From Patescibacteria group bacterium (GTDB lineage: Bacteria; Patescibacteriota; Minisyncoccia; Phycocordibacterales; UBA12079): 56,017 bases of DNA. The stretch spans positions 1-56,017 of the forward strand of contig JAZDMO010000013.1 in NCBI GenBank assembly GCA_043800905.1. Reading direction: 5' to 3'. Under the pieces are notes generated by a model. That model was not told the origin of the DNA and ran no database searches. It worked only from the letters and a program-made list of their open reading frames with translations. This document shows positions 19,777 through 29,724 of the stretch, piece by piece. Positions within the stretch are counted from its first letter, which is position 1. Each line of letters begins with the position of its first letter. The translations under genes and the position numbers were made by a program.

Positions 19777-21270
19777 ATGAGTAATTTAATAGAAAGACCA
19801 CCTGTGATAGTTGTCATGGGACATATAGATCACGGAAAGTCCACATTGTTGGACTTTATTCGTCATTCTAATGTGGTAGCTGGTGAGGCTGGAAGTATTA
19901 CTCAACATATGTCCGCTTACGAAGTTGTAAGAAAAGACACAAAAGGTGTTGAGAAAAAAATTACCTTTATTGATACCCCCGGACACGCTGCTTTTTCTGC
20001 TATGCGTTTGCGCGGAGCTAACGTGGCTGACATTGCTATTTTGATTATTTCTGCTGAAGACGGAGTGAAGCCACAAACCCTAGAAGCTTATAAAAGTATT
20101 CAAGAAGCTAAAATTCCTTTCGTGGTAGCTATCAATAAAATTGACAAACCCAATGCAAATCCAGAAAGAGTAAAAAACGAATTAGTTGAAAATGGAATCT
20201 ATTTAGAAGGTTGGGGTGGAAACATTCCCTTTGTCCCTATTTCTGCTAAATCAGGAGAAGGGGTTCAAGAACTTTTAGATATGGTTTTATTGATGGCTGA
20301 ATTAGAAGAATATAAAGGAGATTCAGGTCTTCAGGCCGAAGGTTTTGTTTTAGAATCAAAAATGGAAGCTCATACTGGTGTAGAAACCGTTGTAATTATT
20401 AAAAACGGTACTTTGAAAAAAGGAGATTTTCTTGTGGTTAATAATAAAGCAAATACAGTAAGGCGACTAGAAGATTTTTTAGGAAATCCAATTGATGAAG
20501 CTACTTTTTCTAGCCCAGTTAAAATTATCGGCTGTTGTGATGTGCCTAACTCTGGGCAAATTTTTAAAACCTATAAAACTAAAAAAGAAGCCGAAAATAA
20601 TCTTGAAGCCGATGAAGTTTTTGCTCAAAAAAATATAAAACTAAATCAGGAAGTTTCCGATGATGCTACAGAAATTTTAATTATTGTTAAAGCTGATGTT
20701 TTTGGTAGTATTGAAGCGATTCAACAAGAAATTGCTAAAATTCAAAACGAAAGAGCTAAACTAAGAATTGTTTCCGCTTCTGTGGGAGATATTTCTGAAA
20801 ATGATATTAAATTAGCTGGACACAAAGACAATACTTTGATTGTTGGTTTTAATGTAAAAATTAATAATCGAATTAAAAATCTTGCTGATCAAAATAAAGT
20901 ACGCATAGAAAATTTTGATGTGATTTATAAACTAACTGAATGGTTAGAAGAAAACATTATTAGTTTAATTCCTAAAATTAAAGTTGAAGAATCTACAGGT
21001 AAGGCTAAAATTATTCGTGTGTTTAATAAAGCTAAAGATGAACAAATTATCGGAGGAAAGGTGAAAGAAGGTAAAATTGTTTTAGGTTCAACTGTAAAAA
21101 TCATTCGTCGTGATTGCGAAATTGGTAAAGGAACTATCACCACATTACAAAGCCAAAAATTAGCAACCAAAGAGGTCCATGAAGGAGATGAGTTTGGTAT
21201 GGGATTAAAATCAAAAAATGATATTGCTGAAGGAGATTATTTAGAAGCTTTTCAAATTGTAGAAAAATAG
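19777..21270 (+). CDS. infB: translation initiation factor IF-2 (short, no N-domain)
   Basis: [28 protein letters not shown]. Confidence 0.97.
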   Translation: MSNLIERPPVIVVMGHIDHGKSTLLDFIRHSNVVAGEAGSITQHMSAYEVVRKDTKGVEKKITFIDTPGHAAFSAMRLRGANVADIAILIISAEDGVKPQTLEAYKSIQEAKIPFVVAINKIDKPNANPERVKNELVENGIYLEGWGGNIPFVPISAKSGEGVQELLDMVLLMAELEEYKGDSGLQAEGFVLESKMEAHTGVETVVIIKNGTLKKGDFLVVNNKANTVRRLEDFLGNPIDEATFSSPVKIIGCCDVPNSGQIFKTYKTKKEAENNLEADEVFAQKNIKLNQEVSDDATEILIIVKADVFGSIEAIQQEIAKIQNERAKLRIVSASVGDISENDIKLAGHKDNTLIVGFNVKINNRIKNLADQNKVRIENFDVIYKLTEWLEENIISLIPKIKVEESTGKAKIIRVFNKAKDEQIIGGKVKEGKIVLGSTVKIIRRDCEIGKGTITTLQSQKLATKEVHEGDEFGMGLKSKNDIAEGDYLEAFQIVEK

Positions 21271-21407
21271 TTTCCGAATCAAAAATTTTGAATTATAAAT
21301 TGTAAATTTTAGATTATTAAATTAATGTAAGAAAAATCGCAAAGCAATTTTCCTTAAATAAATAAAACCTAATACCTAAATAACTAATTAACTAAACAAC
21401 TAAATCA

Positions 21408-21731
21408 ATGACCTTAAAACAAGACAAAGTAAAAGAAAATTTAAAAAAACTTTCTGCTCAATTTATTGAAAGAGAGTCTAATCATCTATCTCTAATTACC
21501 GTTATGGATGCGAATGTTTCCATCGATTTAAAAAGAGCTACTCTATTTGTATCTGTTTTACCAGAATCAAGTGAAGAATCAGCTTTAAATTTTTTAAAAA
21601 GACAAAGAAGCGAATTAAGGGAATATTTGAAGAAAAAAATGGATTCCCGCTCAATCCCTTTTTTGGATTTTGAAATTGATATGGGCGAAAAAAATCGTCA
21701 ACGAATTGACGAACTCTCTCATGATTTGTAA
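21408..21731 (+). CDS. rbfA: ribosome-binding factor A
   Basis: LITV..VSIDLKRA, IPFLDFEID, RIDEL; follows infB. Confidence 0.9.
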   Translation: MTLKQDKVKENLKKLSAQFIERESNHLSLITVMDANVSIDLKRATLFVSVLPESSEESALNFLKRQRSELREYLKKKMDSRSIPFLDFEIDMGEKNRQRIDELSHDL

Positions 21732-21757
21732 ACTGTAAAAGAGTTTAAATTTAAAAA

Positions 21758-21829
21758 GGCCTGGTGGCGAAGTAGAAACGCTTCGATCTGCAAAATCGAC
21801 ATGCGCGGGTGCGATTCCCGCCCAGGCCT
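21758..21829 (+). tRNA. tRNA-Cys(GCA)
   Basis: GGCCTGG...CCAGGCC-T73; anticodon loop CTGCAAA in stem TCGAT/ATCGA. Confidence 0.93.
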
Positions 21830-22015
21830 CAAAAATAATGAAATAAACATGTTAGTGTTTATGAAATATATTTTGTCGTCTGGAGGGAATCGCACGGTGA
21901 TAGGAAAAGTGCTAAACGCACTTTTCCGAGCCGCGACCAACAGCACTTAGTAGATTTCGAGCGAAGCGAAGAAATATACTTAGTGACTGTGGGTCGATTC
22001 CCGCCCAGGCCTCCA
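21830..22015 (+). mobile_element. tRNA-Cys-linked structured element (inverted plus direct copy of the tRNA 3' end)
   Basis: Inverted copy 21878-21895; direct copy CGATTCCCGCCCAGGCCTCCA 21995-22015; GAGCGAAGCGAA-looped hairpin between them. Confidence 0.7.
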
Positions 22016-22037
22016 CAAAGTATCAATTATTATGTAG

Positions 22038-22186
22038 CCTGCCTGCCGGTAGGCAGGTAAGTACCAAATATATACAATGGGCGACAGCTTCGCTGTCGCC
22101 CGTCATTGCGAGGAATAATTTTTTGTTTTCCACCATTCGCCAACTGGCGAAGACAGATTAAACAAAAAATTATGACATGGCAATCT
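22038..22186. repeat. REP-like palindrome cluster
   Basis: CCTGCCTGCCGGTAGGCAGG; GGCGACAGCTTCGCTGTCGCC; GTCATTGCGAGG...TGGCAATCT. Confidence 0.8.
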
Positions 22187-22251
22187 AAAAAAACTACTTT
22201 TTATTAGAGCTAAATAATAAAAAACACGGCTCAATTGAGCCGTATTTTTAA

Positions 22252-22410
22252 TTATTTCTTAGTTTCTTTGTGAACAGTATGTTTTTTACACCATTTACAA
22301 TATTTCTTGATTTCAATCTTATCAACTACCAACTTTTTATTTTTACTTGACCAGTAATTGATTCTTTTACAATCCTGACAGGCCAATTTTATTAAGCTAT
22401 CTTGTGACAT
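22252..22410 (-). CDS. rpmG: 50S ribosomal protein L33 (Zn-binding form); not in ORF track
   Basis: [52 protein letters not shown]. Confidence 0.96.
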   Translation of the reverse strand: MSQDSLIKLACQDCKRINYWSSKNKKLVVDKIEIKKYCKWCKKHTVHKETKK

Positions 22411-22563
22411 AATATTTTTATATTTAAAGTATGCGTGGAATTATATATTAAAATTCAAATTAAATCAACAATTGGTAATAAGTCTTAGTATTTACATTAG
22501 CAAAAAAGTATAGTATAAACTGCCATAGTAAAGTTCACTTACATTCAATTTAAAGGAGGTTTT

Positions 22564-23502
22564 ATGCAAGAAAATCTAGAGGTAATTGTTTTAGAAGGAA
22601 AACATACTCGCCCTGTTCCAACAAATACCGAAAAAAATTTTAAAGAACTACTAAGGAAATCTGGAATAAATCAAGGATCTTTCAAATTTGTTTTAGGAAA
22701 ACAAATTAGAGGAGCCAGTGGCACCGATTCAATCGTTGTTCATAACATTGATACATCTACAGGGTCAATTTTGATTAAAACAAAAATTGACGGCAAAAAA
22801 GATCAAAGATTTGAGGCTTTTTTGACACTGCCTGAAAATTTCAAAAATAAAGGGTTTGTCTTTTTTGAAATGCTTAAGAAAGGAGCAGAAAATATGAATC
22901 ATCCACCGATAGATTTAAAGCAAGATACTGATAAAGAAAAAAGTTTGTTGACACCCCATAACGATCGGAGTTTATTTCCACCACCTCAGAAAAAGTCTCG
23001 AGGGATCGGATTTAAACATTTTATTGAAGACGATGAATCCATCTATATTTTTTGGCTCGAAATCAAGAAATTATTTGAAAAAGACAATCCTCCAACCAGA
23101 AATGATCTTATCGATAATTTTTTGATTGATTTTGGAAGTAAAGCTGGGTGTTATCGCTTTGTTTCTGATTTGATTAAAAAAAAGATATTATCAGAAAATG
23201 ATTCTACTAAACGAACTTCTTTTTTGAGTATTGGGGAAAAACTTTCAATTATCATCAATAAACAAGATGAAAAAAGAAAAACCGAGAGAGTTTTCTCAAA
23301 AGATTCTGATAGTGTGTTTGAAAAAATCAGAAATCTAAAAACTCTTTGTTCTCAAAAAGAATTACTTGAAAAAGAAATACAAGAACAAAATCTTTTAATA
23401 GAAAAGGCTCGAAAAAAAATAGAGGGTCTCCAAAAACAAATTACTCCGGAAATGATGGAATCCGAAGAAAAACTAAAAGCAATAGAAACGCTTTTAGCAT
23501 AA
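22564..23502 (+). CDS. hypothetical protein, possible central winged helix and C-terminal coiled coil (orphan)
   Basis: AAAGGAGGT RBS; terminator at 23507-23545. Confidence 0.8.
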   Translation: MQENLEVIVLEGKHTRPVPTNTEKNFKELLRKSGINQGSFKFVLGKQIRGASGTDSIVVHNIDTSTGSILIKTKIDGKKDQRFEAFLTLPENFKNKGFVFFEMLKKGAENMNHPPIDLKQDTDKEKSLLTPHNDRSLFPPPQKKSRGIGFKHFIEDDESIYIFWLEIKKLFEKDNPPTRNDLIDNFLIDFGSKAGCYRFVSDLIKKKILSENDSTKRTSFLSIGEKLSIIINKQDEKRKTERVFSKDSDSVFEKIRNLKTLCSQKELLEKEIQEQNLLIEKARKKIEGLQKQITPEMMESEEKLKAIETLLA

Positions 23503-23583
23503 AAACAACCTCTGTGTGGATTTTTAATTCGCACAGAGGTTTTTATTAATTTGATTTTGAAAAATTTTAATCAACTACACTTG

Positions 23584-23656
23584 TCCGCCCGGAAGGGATC
23601 GAACCTTCGACCTGCCGATTAAGAGTCGGATGCTCTACCAGCTGAGCTACGGGCGG
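23584..23656 (-). tRNA. tRNA-Lys(CTT)
   Basis: CCGCCCG-TAGCTCAGCTGGTAGAGC; anticodon loop CTCTTAA; GGTTCGATCCC; 3' CGGGCGG-A. Confidence 0.93.
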
Positions 23657-23750
23657 ATATACTGGTAAAATAAAAAAGAAAATATCCTTTTCTTTTCCAC
23701 TTCAAAAAAACATACTCCACAAATAATTCTTATTTGTTCTGTTGTTTTTG

Positions 23751-23833
23751 TGCCTAGGGCGGGAGTCGAACCCGCATCCGCATAACGGACAACATTTTAA
23801 GTGTTGCGTGTATACCTATTCCACCACCTAGGC
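23751..23833 (-). tRNA. tRNA-Leu(TAA)
   Basis: GCCTAGG...CCTAGGC-A; anticodon arm CAACA-CTTAAAA-TGTTG; long variable arm. Confidence 0.94.
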
Positions 23834-23873
23834 ATTTTTATTTTATTATCAAATTTGGTTCTTGACCCATCAG

Positions 23874-23922
23874 TGTGTGTACACCAACTTGCCTACCGGC
23901 AGGCAGGTTCCACCACCTAGGC
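23874..23922 (-). pseudogene. duplicated tRNA-Leu 5' end, interrupted by a CCTGCCTGCCGG repeat
   Basis: TTCCACCACCTAGGC repeated at 23908-23922; GTGTGTACACC continues the match on the other side of the inserted repeat. Confidence 0.7.
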
Positions 23923-23968
23923 ATTATTAATTAATATATTATCTTATTTTTCTAATAATTCAATCATC

Positions 23969-24136
23969 TTCCCTGCGGGTCCACGAGGACTTGTCTTGAC
24001 GGTTTCTAAATATAATTCTTCGCTATCGCTCGAATTATATGAAGAACCGCGTGACACAGCTCGTTGTTGCTCGTAAACTCGCAACATACTCCGCTGTTCA
24101 AGTCCACACAAAAGCTATCGCTTTCTGTGTTCCCTG
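23969..24136 (-). mobile_element. tRNA-Trp-linked structured element
   Basis: Direct repeat TTCCCTGCGGGTCCACGAGGACTTG at 23969-23993; inverted T-arm GTTCAAGTCC at 24096-24105; GAGCGATAGCGAA-looped hairpin. Confidence 0.7.
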
Positions 24137-24208
24137 CGGGTCCACGAGGACTTGAACCTCGGACGACGGTTTTGGAGACCGTTGTTTTACCAACTAAACT
24201 ATAGACCC
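24137..24208 (-). tRNA. tRNA-Trp(CCA)
   Basis: GGGTCTA...TGGACCC-G; anticodon arm ACGGT-CTCCAAA-ACCGT. Confidence 0.93.
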
Positions 24209-24260
24209 AATCTATAGAACTTCTGTATTTTAACAAATTTTTTACAAAAATTCTATAAAA

Positions 24261-25886
24261 TTATATAAACAATTTAACCAAACGGATATCTTCCCATGAA
24301 ATATTATCAGGTAAAACTTTTTTTATCGGGCTTAATTTATCCCCACCGATTTCTTTCCAAGCTTCTAAAATTCTTTCAAAATCATTTATATCCTGTTTTA
24401 AATAAGAAAAATTCACTCGCCCCTTTCCTCTTTCTTCATTCAATTTCTCTAAATGAGAAATAATTGTAGAAACCGCTAAATTTCTTTCACGAGCAATATC
24501 CTCAAGCATCATTTCTTGAGCAATCATTTCTTTGGTAATTTCATAAGTACTGACTCTTTCGTCATAATCTTCTTCGACTTTTGATACTTTTAAAAATTTG
24601 TCCTGAATTTCTTTTTTTTCTTTATCTTTTAATTTTGAAATTGATTCAACTACTTTTTCTGATTGAATTTGTAATTCATTATCAAATTCATAAATTTCAT
24701 CATTAATTCTTAAAGCCATGTCGTTTAAACCTTTCAAAAATAAACCTTCTAAAGACCTTACTCGAGAAAGGGCCACATAACCCATTCCTTCCACGAAAGA
24801 CTTAGAAAGGTCAATTTCAGCCAAATCAAGGCTCATTCCTTGACTCTTGTGAACTGTTATAGCCCAAGCCAAACGCAGTGGAATTTGAGTAATTTTAGCC
24901 TTTATAACCCCGTCTTCCTCAATATGCCATGGTTCTTCTTTTACCAAAATCCTTAATCCTTTGTAGGTTTCAACCACAGGTAACCCTCCTTCAAAAGAAA
25001 TAATTTTTCCTAGAGTTCCATTAACATAACCTTTTTCAAAATTATTTTTTACAAACATTACTGAAGCTCCTTCTTTTAGACGCAAAGTCTCTGGAGCCAA
25101 ACAAGATTTTTTTAAACTTTCTAATATTTTTTTATTTCCCATTTCTTTCATCCTAAAAATTTTAGAAGAAACTCCAATTTTATCTAATTCTTGTAAATTA
25201 AAACTATCCACATCTTGATTATGGGTAAATAATTTTGTAAATACAAAATCTTTATCATTTTTATTTTCTCGATTTTTTAATTTTTCTAAAATTTCTTGGT
25301 CTACTTCTTTTCTTCTTATTGCATTTAAAATTTCAATCAGACTATCATTATCTTCCTGACGATATTGCTCTTCTAAATAACAAACATGCAAATCCATATC
25401 TTGCCAAATATTAGAATGGTAAGCAAAACGAATTTTTTCATTGAAACGATTAATTGGTGGTAATTGAAAAAAATCACCACACAAAACAACCTGTAGACCT
25501 CCAAAAGGTAAATCTTCATCTAAAAAAGAACGACAAATATTATCGACTGCATCTAATTGGTGGGCGTGAAGCATTGAGATTTCATCTATAATTAAAACGC
25601 GTGCAAATTTAAATCTTTTTTTCAAATAGGCTTTTTTGAGTAATTTTTCTAAATCATGATGATTGATTTGATCTTTTATTCCTAAACCAGACCAAGAGTG
25701 AATTGTCACTCCATTCATATGAGTAGCAGCAATTCCCGTGGAAGCTGTTTTTCCTACCGGCACTCTATGGGAATTTAAAATATCAATATATTGATTGAGT
25801 AAATATGTTTTACCCGATCCGGCCGGACCAGTCAAAAAAACATTTTTTCCCATTTTTAAAATTTCTAAAGCTTCGGACTGTTTCAT
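24261..25886 (-). CDS. PIF1-family (SF1B) DNA helicase with C-terminal HTH
   Basis: GPAGSGKT, IIDEISM, GDFFQLPP, QIPLRLAWAITVHKSQGMSL, YVALSR; C-terminal IARERNLAVSTIISHL. Confidence 0.93.
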   Translation of the reverse strand: MKQSEALEILKMGKNVFLTGPAGSGKTYLLNQYIDILNSHRVPVGKTASTGIAATHMNGVTIHSWSGLGIKDQINHHDLEKLLKKAYLKKRFKFARVLIIDEISMLHAHQLDAVDNICRSFLDEDLPFGGLQVVLCGDFFQLPPINRFNEKIRFAYHSNIWQDMDLHVCYLEEQYRQEDNDSLIEILNAIRRKEVDQEILEKLKNRENKNDKDFVFTKLFTHNQDVDSFNLQELDKIGVSSKIFRMKEMGNKKILESLKKSCLAPETLRLKEGASVMFVKNNFEKGYVNGTLGKIISFEGGLPVVETYKGLRILVKEEPWHIEEDGVIKAKITQIPLRLAWAITVHKSQGMSLDLAEIDLSKSFVEGMGYVALSRVRSLEGLFLKGLNDMALRINDEIYEFDNELQIQSEKVVESISKLKDKEKKEIQDKFLKVSKVEEDYDERVSTYEITKEMIAQEMMLEDIARERNLAVSTIISHLEKLNEERGKGRVNFSYLKQDINDFERILEAWKEIGGDKLSPIKKVLPDNISWEDIRLVKLFI

Positions 25887-25975
25887 ATTCCAAATATTAT
25901 ATCATAAAAAAACCAGCCCTGAGCTTGTCTTAAGCTCAGGGCTATTTTCTGGTTAATCTAAAATTGTTGAGGTGT

Positions 25976-26176
25976 TTACCTCATAATTTTTTGGTTTGCG
26001 GAGACAAAATTATCTCCAAGTTTTCTTACCACTTCACGAAATTTGGTTTGAGCTTCTTTTTTGGAAGCCCCACAAGAACAGGTGTTATCCTTGGGTCTCA
26101 TCTGACGACCACAGTTCCCGCAAATTGTAATCTTTTTGAAACTTCGTTTCAAACTTCTTAACTGACTAGGCATCAA
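25976..26176 (-). CDS. small Zn-ribbon protein (orphan)
   Basis: CGNCG...CSCG; AAAGGAGGT RBS; terminator at 25914-25945. Confidence 0.7.
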   Translation of the reverse strand: MMPSQLRSLKRSFKKITICGNCGRQMRPKDNTCSCGASKKEAQTKFREVVRKLGDNFVSANQKIMR

Positions 26177-26265
26177 ACAAACCTCCTTTTTAAATTATAA
26201 AAAATCAAAACCCGAGTTAGTTAAAAAACTTCTCGGGTTTTCGAAACAATAATAAAATCAAAACG

Positions 26266-26469
26266 TTATATGGATAAGCGATGTCCATGAAAACCCATAT
26301 CATTCTCTATAGGGATACCTACAGAAAAGGTTTTATCTAAAATACCGTCATATACGGCTCCATGTTTACAAAGAGACATACCACAAACAGGGCATTTCTT
26401 TTTTTCTACAACGTCTTCATCGATTTCACTTGTTCCTAAAAACGTACAGCAACCAGTGCAGGTTATCAT
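26266..26469 (-). CDS. small Cys-rich protein (orphan)
   Basis: CTGCC...CPVCG; AAGGAAGGT RBS; TTGACG-16-TAATAT promoter; hairpin at 26207-26242. Confidence 0.7.
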   Translation of the reverse strand: MITCTGCCTFLGTSEIDEDVVEKKKCPVCGMSLCKHGAVYDGILDKTFSVGIPIENDMGFHGHRLSI

Positions 26470-26575
26470 GTTCCACCTTCCTTAAAATTTAAGTTATTCA
26501 AAATAACCAGATTACTTCTGAATATACATATTACATCTTTTTTAGATTTCGTCAAAGATAATTTGTTTATAAATA

Positions 26576-26732
26576 AAAACCACTGGAACTGAATTGTCCC
26601 AGTGGATAAAAAACGATTGTTAAGAGTCTTCCTCCTTTCTATCTACTCTACATTTAAAGAGATAGTTTCGATAGTGGCTGTCTTTTGTAGCCCTGCTTTG
26701 TTCTTCTGGACAGACAAAACACTCTTTCAATC
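26576..26732 (-). ncRNA. candidate stand-alone structured RNA
   Basis: TTGACA(26759-26764)-18-TATAAA; 5' GATTGAAAGAGT pairs with 3' ACTCTTAACAATC; terminator CCACTGGGA...TTCCAGTGG-T5; no ORF on this strand. Confidence 0.45.
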
Positions 26733-26856
26733 TTTTTATATTTTTATTATTTACTATTTGTCAATAGTTTTAAAAAGAATCGCCAATCGTAATCTCAACA
26801 GAGCTTACGATTGGCGATTCTATGTCTCTATAAATCAATCTATTAATCAACTAAAC

Positions 26857-28632
26857 CTACATTTTCTCAACAGTTTCAATTCCCAATAAACTCAAACCAT
26901 TTTTCAAAACCTGAGCAGTTCCCTGTGCCAAAGCTAACCTTAATTGTTTTTCTTCCTTTGAGGCCTCTAAAACAGGACAATTGGCATAAAAAGCATTAAA
27001 TCTTTGAGCTAACTCATATAGATAATTACACATCAAATGTGGAGCAATTTCAGTTCCCGCCCTAAAAGCATATTGAGGATATCTTGCCAACCATTTCAAT
27101 AATTTTTCTTCATATTCCCCTATCTCCAAACCATTTGGTAACCCCGTTACCAAATGGTTAGATTTTTGGAGAATGGCTTGAGCTCGCACATAGGCATATA
27201 AAATATAAGCTCCTGAATAGCCTTCAAAATCAGCAAACTTTTTCGGATCATAATTTACATTTTTACTAAAATCATAAGAAAGTACTAAAAATTTCAAACC
27301 AGCTAGAGCCACTACCCGAGTTATCTCTTCTTTATCTTTTTCCGAATAATCTTTTATTTCAGCAATTTTAGTTTTAGACACTTCCAAAGCCTCTTCTAAA
27401 ATATCAGTTCCTTTAATATTTTTTCCACTACGTGAACTAGTCTTTTTCCCGTCCATCAAAAGCCACCCAAAAGATTCATGAAAATATTTATTTTCAAATT
27501 TAGAATCCAGAGTTTCTAAAATTTTTACTACTGCTTTAAAATGATCGTCCTGTTCTACTCCAGTTAAAGTCAAATTTAAAAACAAATTAGGATAATCTCT
27601 AAGCTTCTGAAAACCCAAAGCTAAATCCTTAGCCAAATAAGTTGGATTATTTTCACTAGTTTCAACCACCCAAGTAGCCAAACCTTCTTTTTCTCCATCA
27701 TAAATAATTGCTCCTTGGCTTTTGGTGAAAAGATTTCCAGTATTTTTTTCTACAATTTCTTTAGCTTCTTTAAAGACTTCGGATTCTGGATATTGTTTAT
27801 CATAAATCACCCCCAATTCTTTAAATAACTTTTCTTGATGTATTAAGCTCCAAATCTTAATTTTTTTATAAAGCTGAGTCGCTTCATTATCAACTTTTTT
27901 ATAAATGTCAGTATTGATTTTTCGAATCGCTTCTTCATTATCATCAAAATTTTCTGTGGCAAAAACATAAGCATCTGCGATATATTCCATTCTTTTGTGA
28001 GCATCCCAATTTTCAAAATCTTTTGGAACACCTCTTTGCATCAATCCCCAAGTGCTTTTAGCTGTGTGCATTCCAATATCTCCATAATAATTTGTTTTAA
28101 CTACATCAAACCCGAGATTTTCTAAAAGATTACACACAGAAAGCCCAGAAATCGCTCCTTTAATATGCCCAACCGTAAAAGCCTTGTGAGTATTAGGTTG
28201 CCCAAATTCCACCATAATTTGTTTTTTATTTTTTAAATCTCTATTATATTTTCCATAATCATCTTTTTTTTCCAGAATTTTTTTTAGAGAATTAATATAA
28301 AATTCTTCTTTTAAAATAAAATTAATATATCCAGAGCTTAATGGTTTAATGTCTTTTATTTCTGGTAAATCAATTTTTTTAGCAATTTCCTCTCCAACTT
28401 CCAATTTATCTTTACTAAGTAATCCAGAAACAACAGATATATTCACAGCATAATTTCCATGTGATTCATCTTTTGGATAAATAATTAAAATAGGTTTAGT
28501 ATTTTGTATGTTATTTTCTTTTAAGTAATCATCACAAATTATCCGAATTTTATCTGTTAGTTTTACTTTAAATAAGTCTTCCTCAAGAAGACAATTATTT
28601 TCTAATATTCCTTTTAATTTTATATCTGACAT
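26857..28632 (-). CDS. argS: arginine--tRNA ligase
   Basis: VEFGQPNTHKAFTVGH, NYYGDIG, KTSSRSG, FEGYSGAYILYAYVR, FNAFY, LGIETVEKM. Confidence 0.96.
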   Translation of the reverse strand: MSDIKLKGILENNCLLEEDLFKVKLTDKIRIICDDYLKENNIQNTKPILIIYPKDESHGNYAVNISVVSGLLSKDKLEVGEEIAKKIDLPEIKDIKPLSSGYINFILKEEFYINSLKKILEKKDDYGKYNRDLKNKKQIMVEFGQPNTHKAFTVGHIKGAISGLSVCNLLENLGFDVVKTNYYGDIGMHTAKSTWGLMQRGVPKDFENWDAHKRMEYIADAYVFATENFDDNEEAIRKINTDIYKKVDNEATQLYKKIKIWSLIHQEKLFKELGVIYDKQYPESEVFKEAKEIVEKNTGNLFTKSQGAIIYDGEKEGLATWVVETSENNPTYLAKDLALGFQKLRDYPNLFLNLTLTGVEQDDHFKAVVKILETLDSKFENKYFHESFGWLLMDGKKTSSRSGKNIKGTDILEEALEVSKTKIAEIKDYSEKDKEEITRVVALAGLKFLVLSYDFSKNVNYDPKKFADFEGYSGAYILYAYVRAQAILQKSNHLVTGLPNGLEIGEYEEKLLKWLARYPQYAFRAGTEIAPHLMCNYLYELAQRFNAFYANCPVLEASKEEKQLRLALAQGTAQVLKNGLSLLGIETVEKM

Positions 28633-28722
28633 ATTGACTTTTTATTAATATATATATATCATATAATTATACATATGAAAAAGTACCTCTACTTGTTTTG
28701 TCCTGTAGCGGTACTTTTTCTT

Positions 28723-29208
28723 TTATATTCCTATTTTATTTTTTAAATTATTCATATAAACGATTTTATCTTTAGCAGTTTTCCTGAGCAAAAATGAGCA
28801 AGTTTTAACATGAGGGCTTAAAACTATTTTTAATTTTTTATTACTATATAAATAATCAACTAGTGAATAAAAATCGCCATCACTTGAAACAATCACTGCT
28901 TTATCATAATCATTATATTTTAAAATTGCTTTCAAAACCAAATCTGCATCTATATTTCCTTTTGGATTTCCAGACTTATCTAGTAAAACAGGTTTAAATT
29001 TTAAAACAAAACCAGCTTTTTCTAACATCTCATACAAATTTTTCTTTTCATTAATATAACCGATAAAAATATATGCTTTTTTAACTTTATATTTTTCTTT
29101 TAAATATATTCTAAATTTATTCCAATCTAAATCCCAACCTAAACTCTTTATTCCTCTGTATATATTTTGACTGTCAATAAAAGCAAAATTTTTTTCTTTT
29201 AAAAACAT
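28723..29208 (-). CDS. NYN (LabA/DUF88) PIN-like domain protein
   Basis: AFIDSQN, KGNIDADLV, IVSSDGDF. Confidence 0.92.
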   Translation of the reverse strand: MFLKEKNFAFIDSQNIYRGIKSLGWDLDWNKFRIYLKEKYKVKKAYIFIGYINEKKNLYEMLEKAGFVLKFKPVLLDKSGNPKGNIDADLVLKAILKYNDYDKAVIVSSDGDFYSLVDYLYSNKKLKIVLSPHVKTCSFLLRKTAKDKIVYMNNLKNKIGI

Positions 29209-29239
29209 ATAGAATATAATAACATATTAAATAAATATT

Positions 29240-29524
29240 ATGAAAAAATTTCAAAGAACCATAGAGGATTTTGTTTGCGAAAATTGCGGAAAAAAGGTTG
29301 AAGGTAACGGTTATACTAATCACTGCCCTAATTGTCTATGGAGTAAACATGTGGATGTCAACCCCGGAGATAGAGCTTCTGATTGTAATGGTCTAATGGA
29401 ACCAATTTCTCAAGAACTTAAAAATGGAGAACAAATCATTGTTCATCAATGTATTAAATGCGGACATCAAAAGAAAAACAAAATTGCCCAAGAAGATAAT
29501 TTTGAAAAAATCTTAGAACTTTAA
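29240..29524 (+). CDS. RNHCP-domain protein
   Basis: FVCENCG, YTNHCPNCLWSKHVD..PGDRA. Confidence 0.92.
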   Translation: MKKFQRTIEDFVCENCGKKVEGNGYTNHCPNCLWSKHVDVNPGDRASDCNGLMEPISQELKNGEQIIVHQCIKCGHQKKNKIAQEDNFEKILEL

Positions 29525-29724
29525 TTCTTTAACTGTTTAACTTAATCAAGTTTAAATAAAAAATACATTTGTACACTGAACTGACGACCGTTGAGTTAGT
29601 GTACATATTTTCTTTTTTATATTGACAAAATTTTCTCGGATGCTATTCTAAAACTTAGAATTAAATAGTTCGTTGCGAGGCAGTTTTTGATTAACTGTTT
29701 TTAACTTTTTAAAAGGAGGAAGCT

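Noticed and set aside
21719-24236. ORFs 21719-21946 and 24006-24236
   Set aside because: They overlap tRNA-Cys and tRNA-Trp and their linked elements.
26602-26889. 95-aa plus-strand ORF
   Set aside because: It starts inside a terminator hairpin, has no RBS, crosses the argS terminator, and the promoter and terminator signals point to the minus strand.
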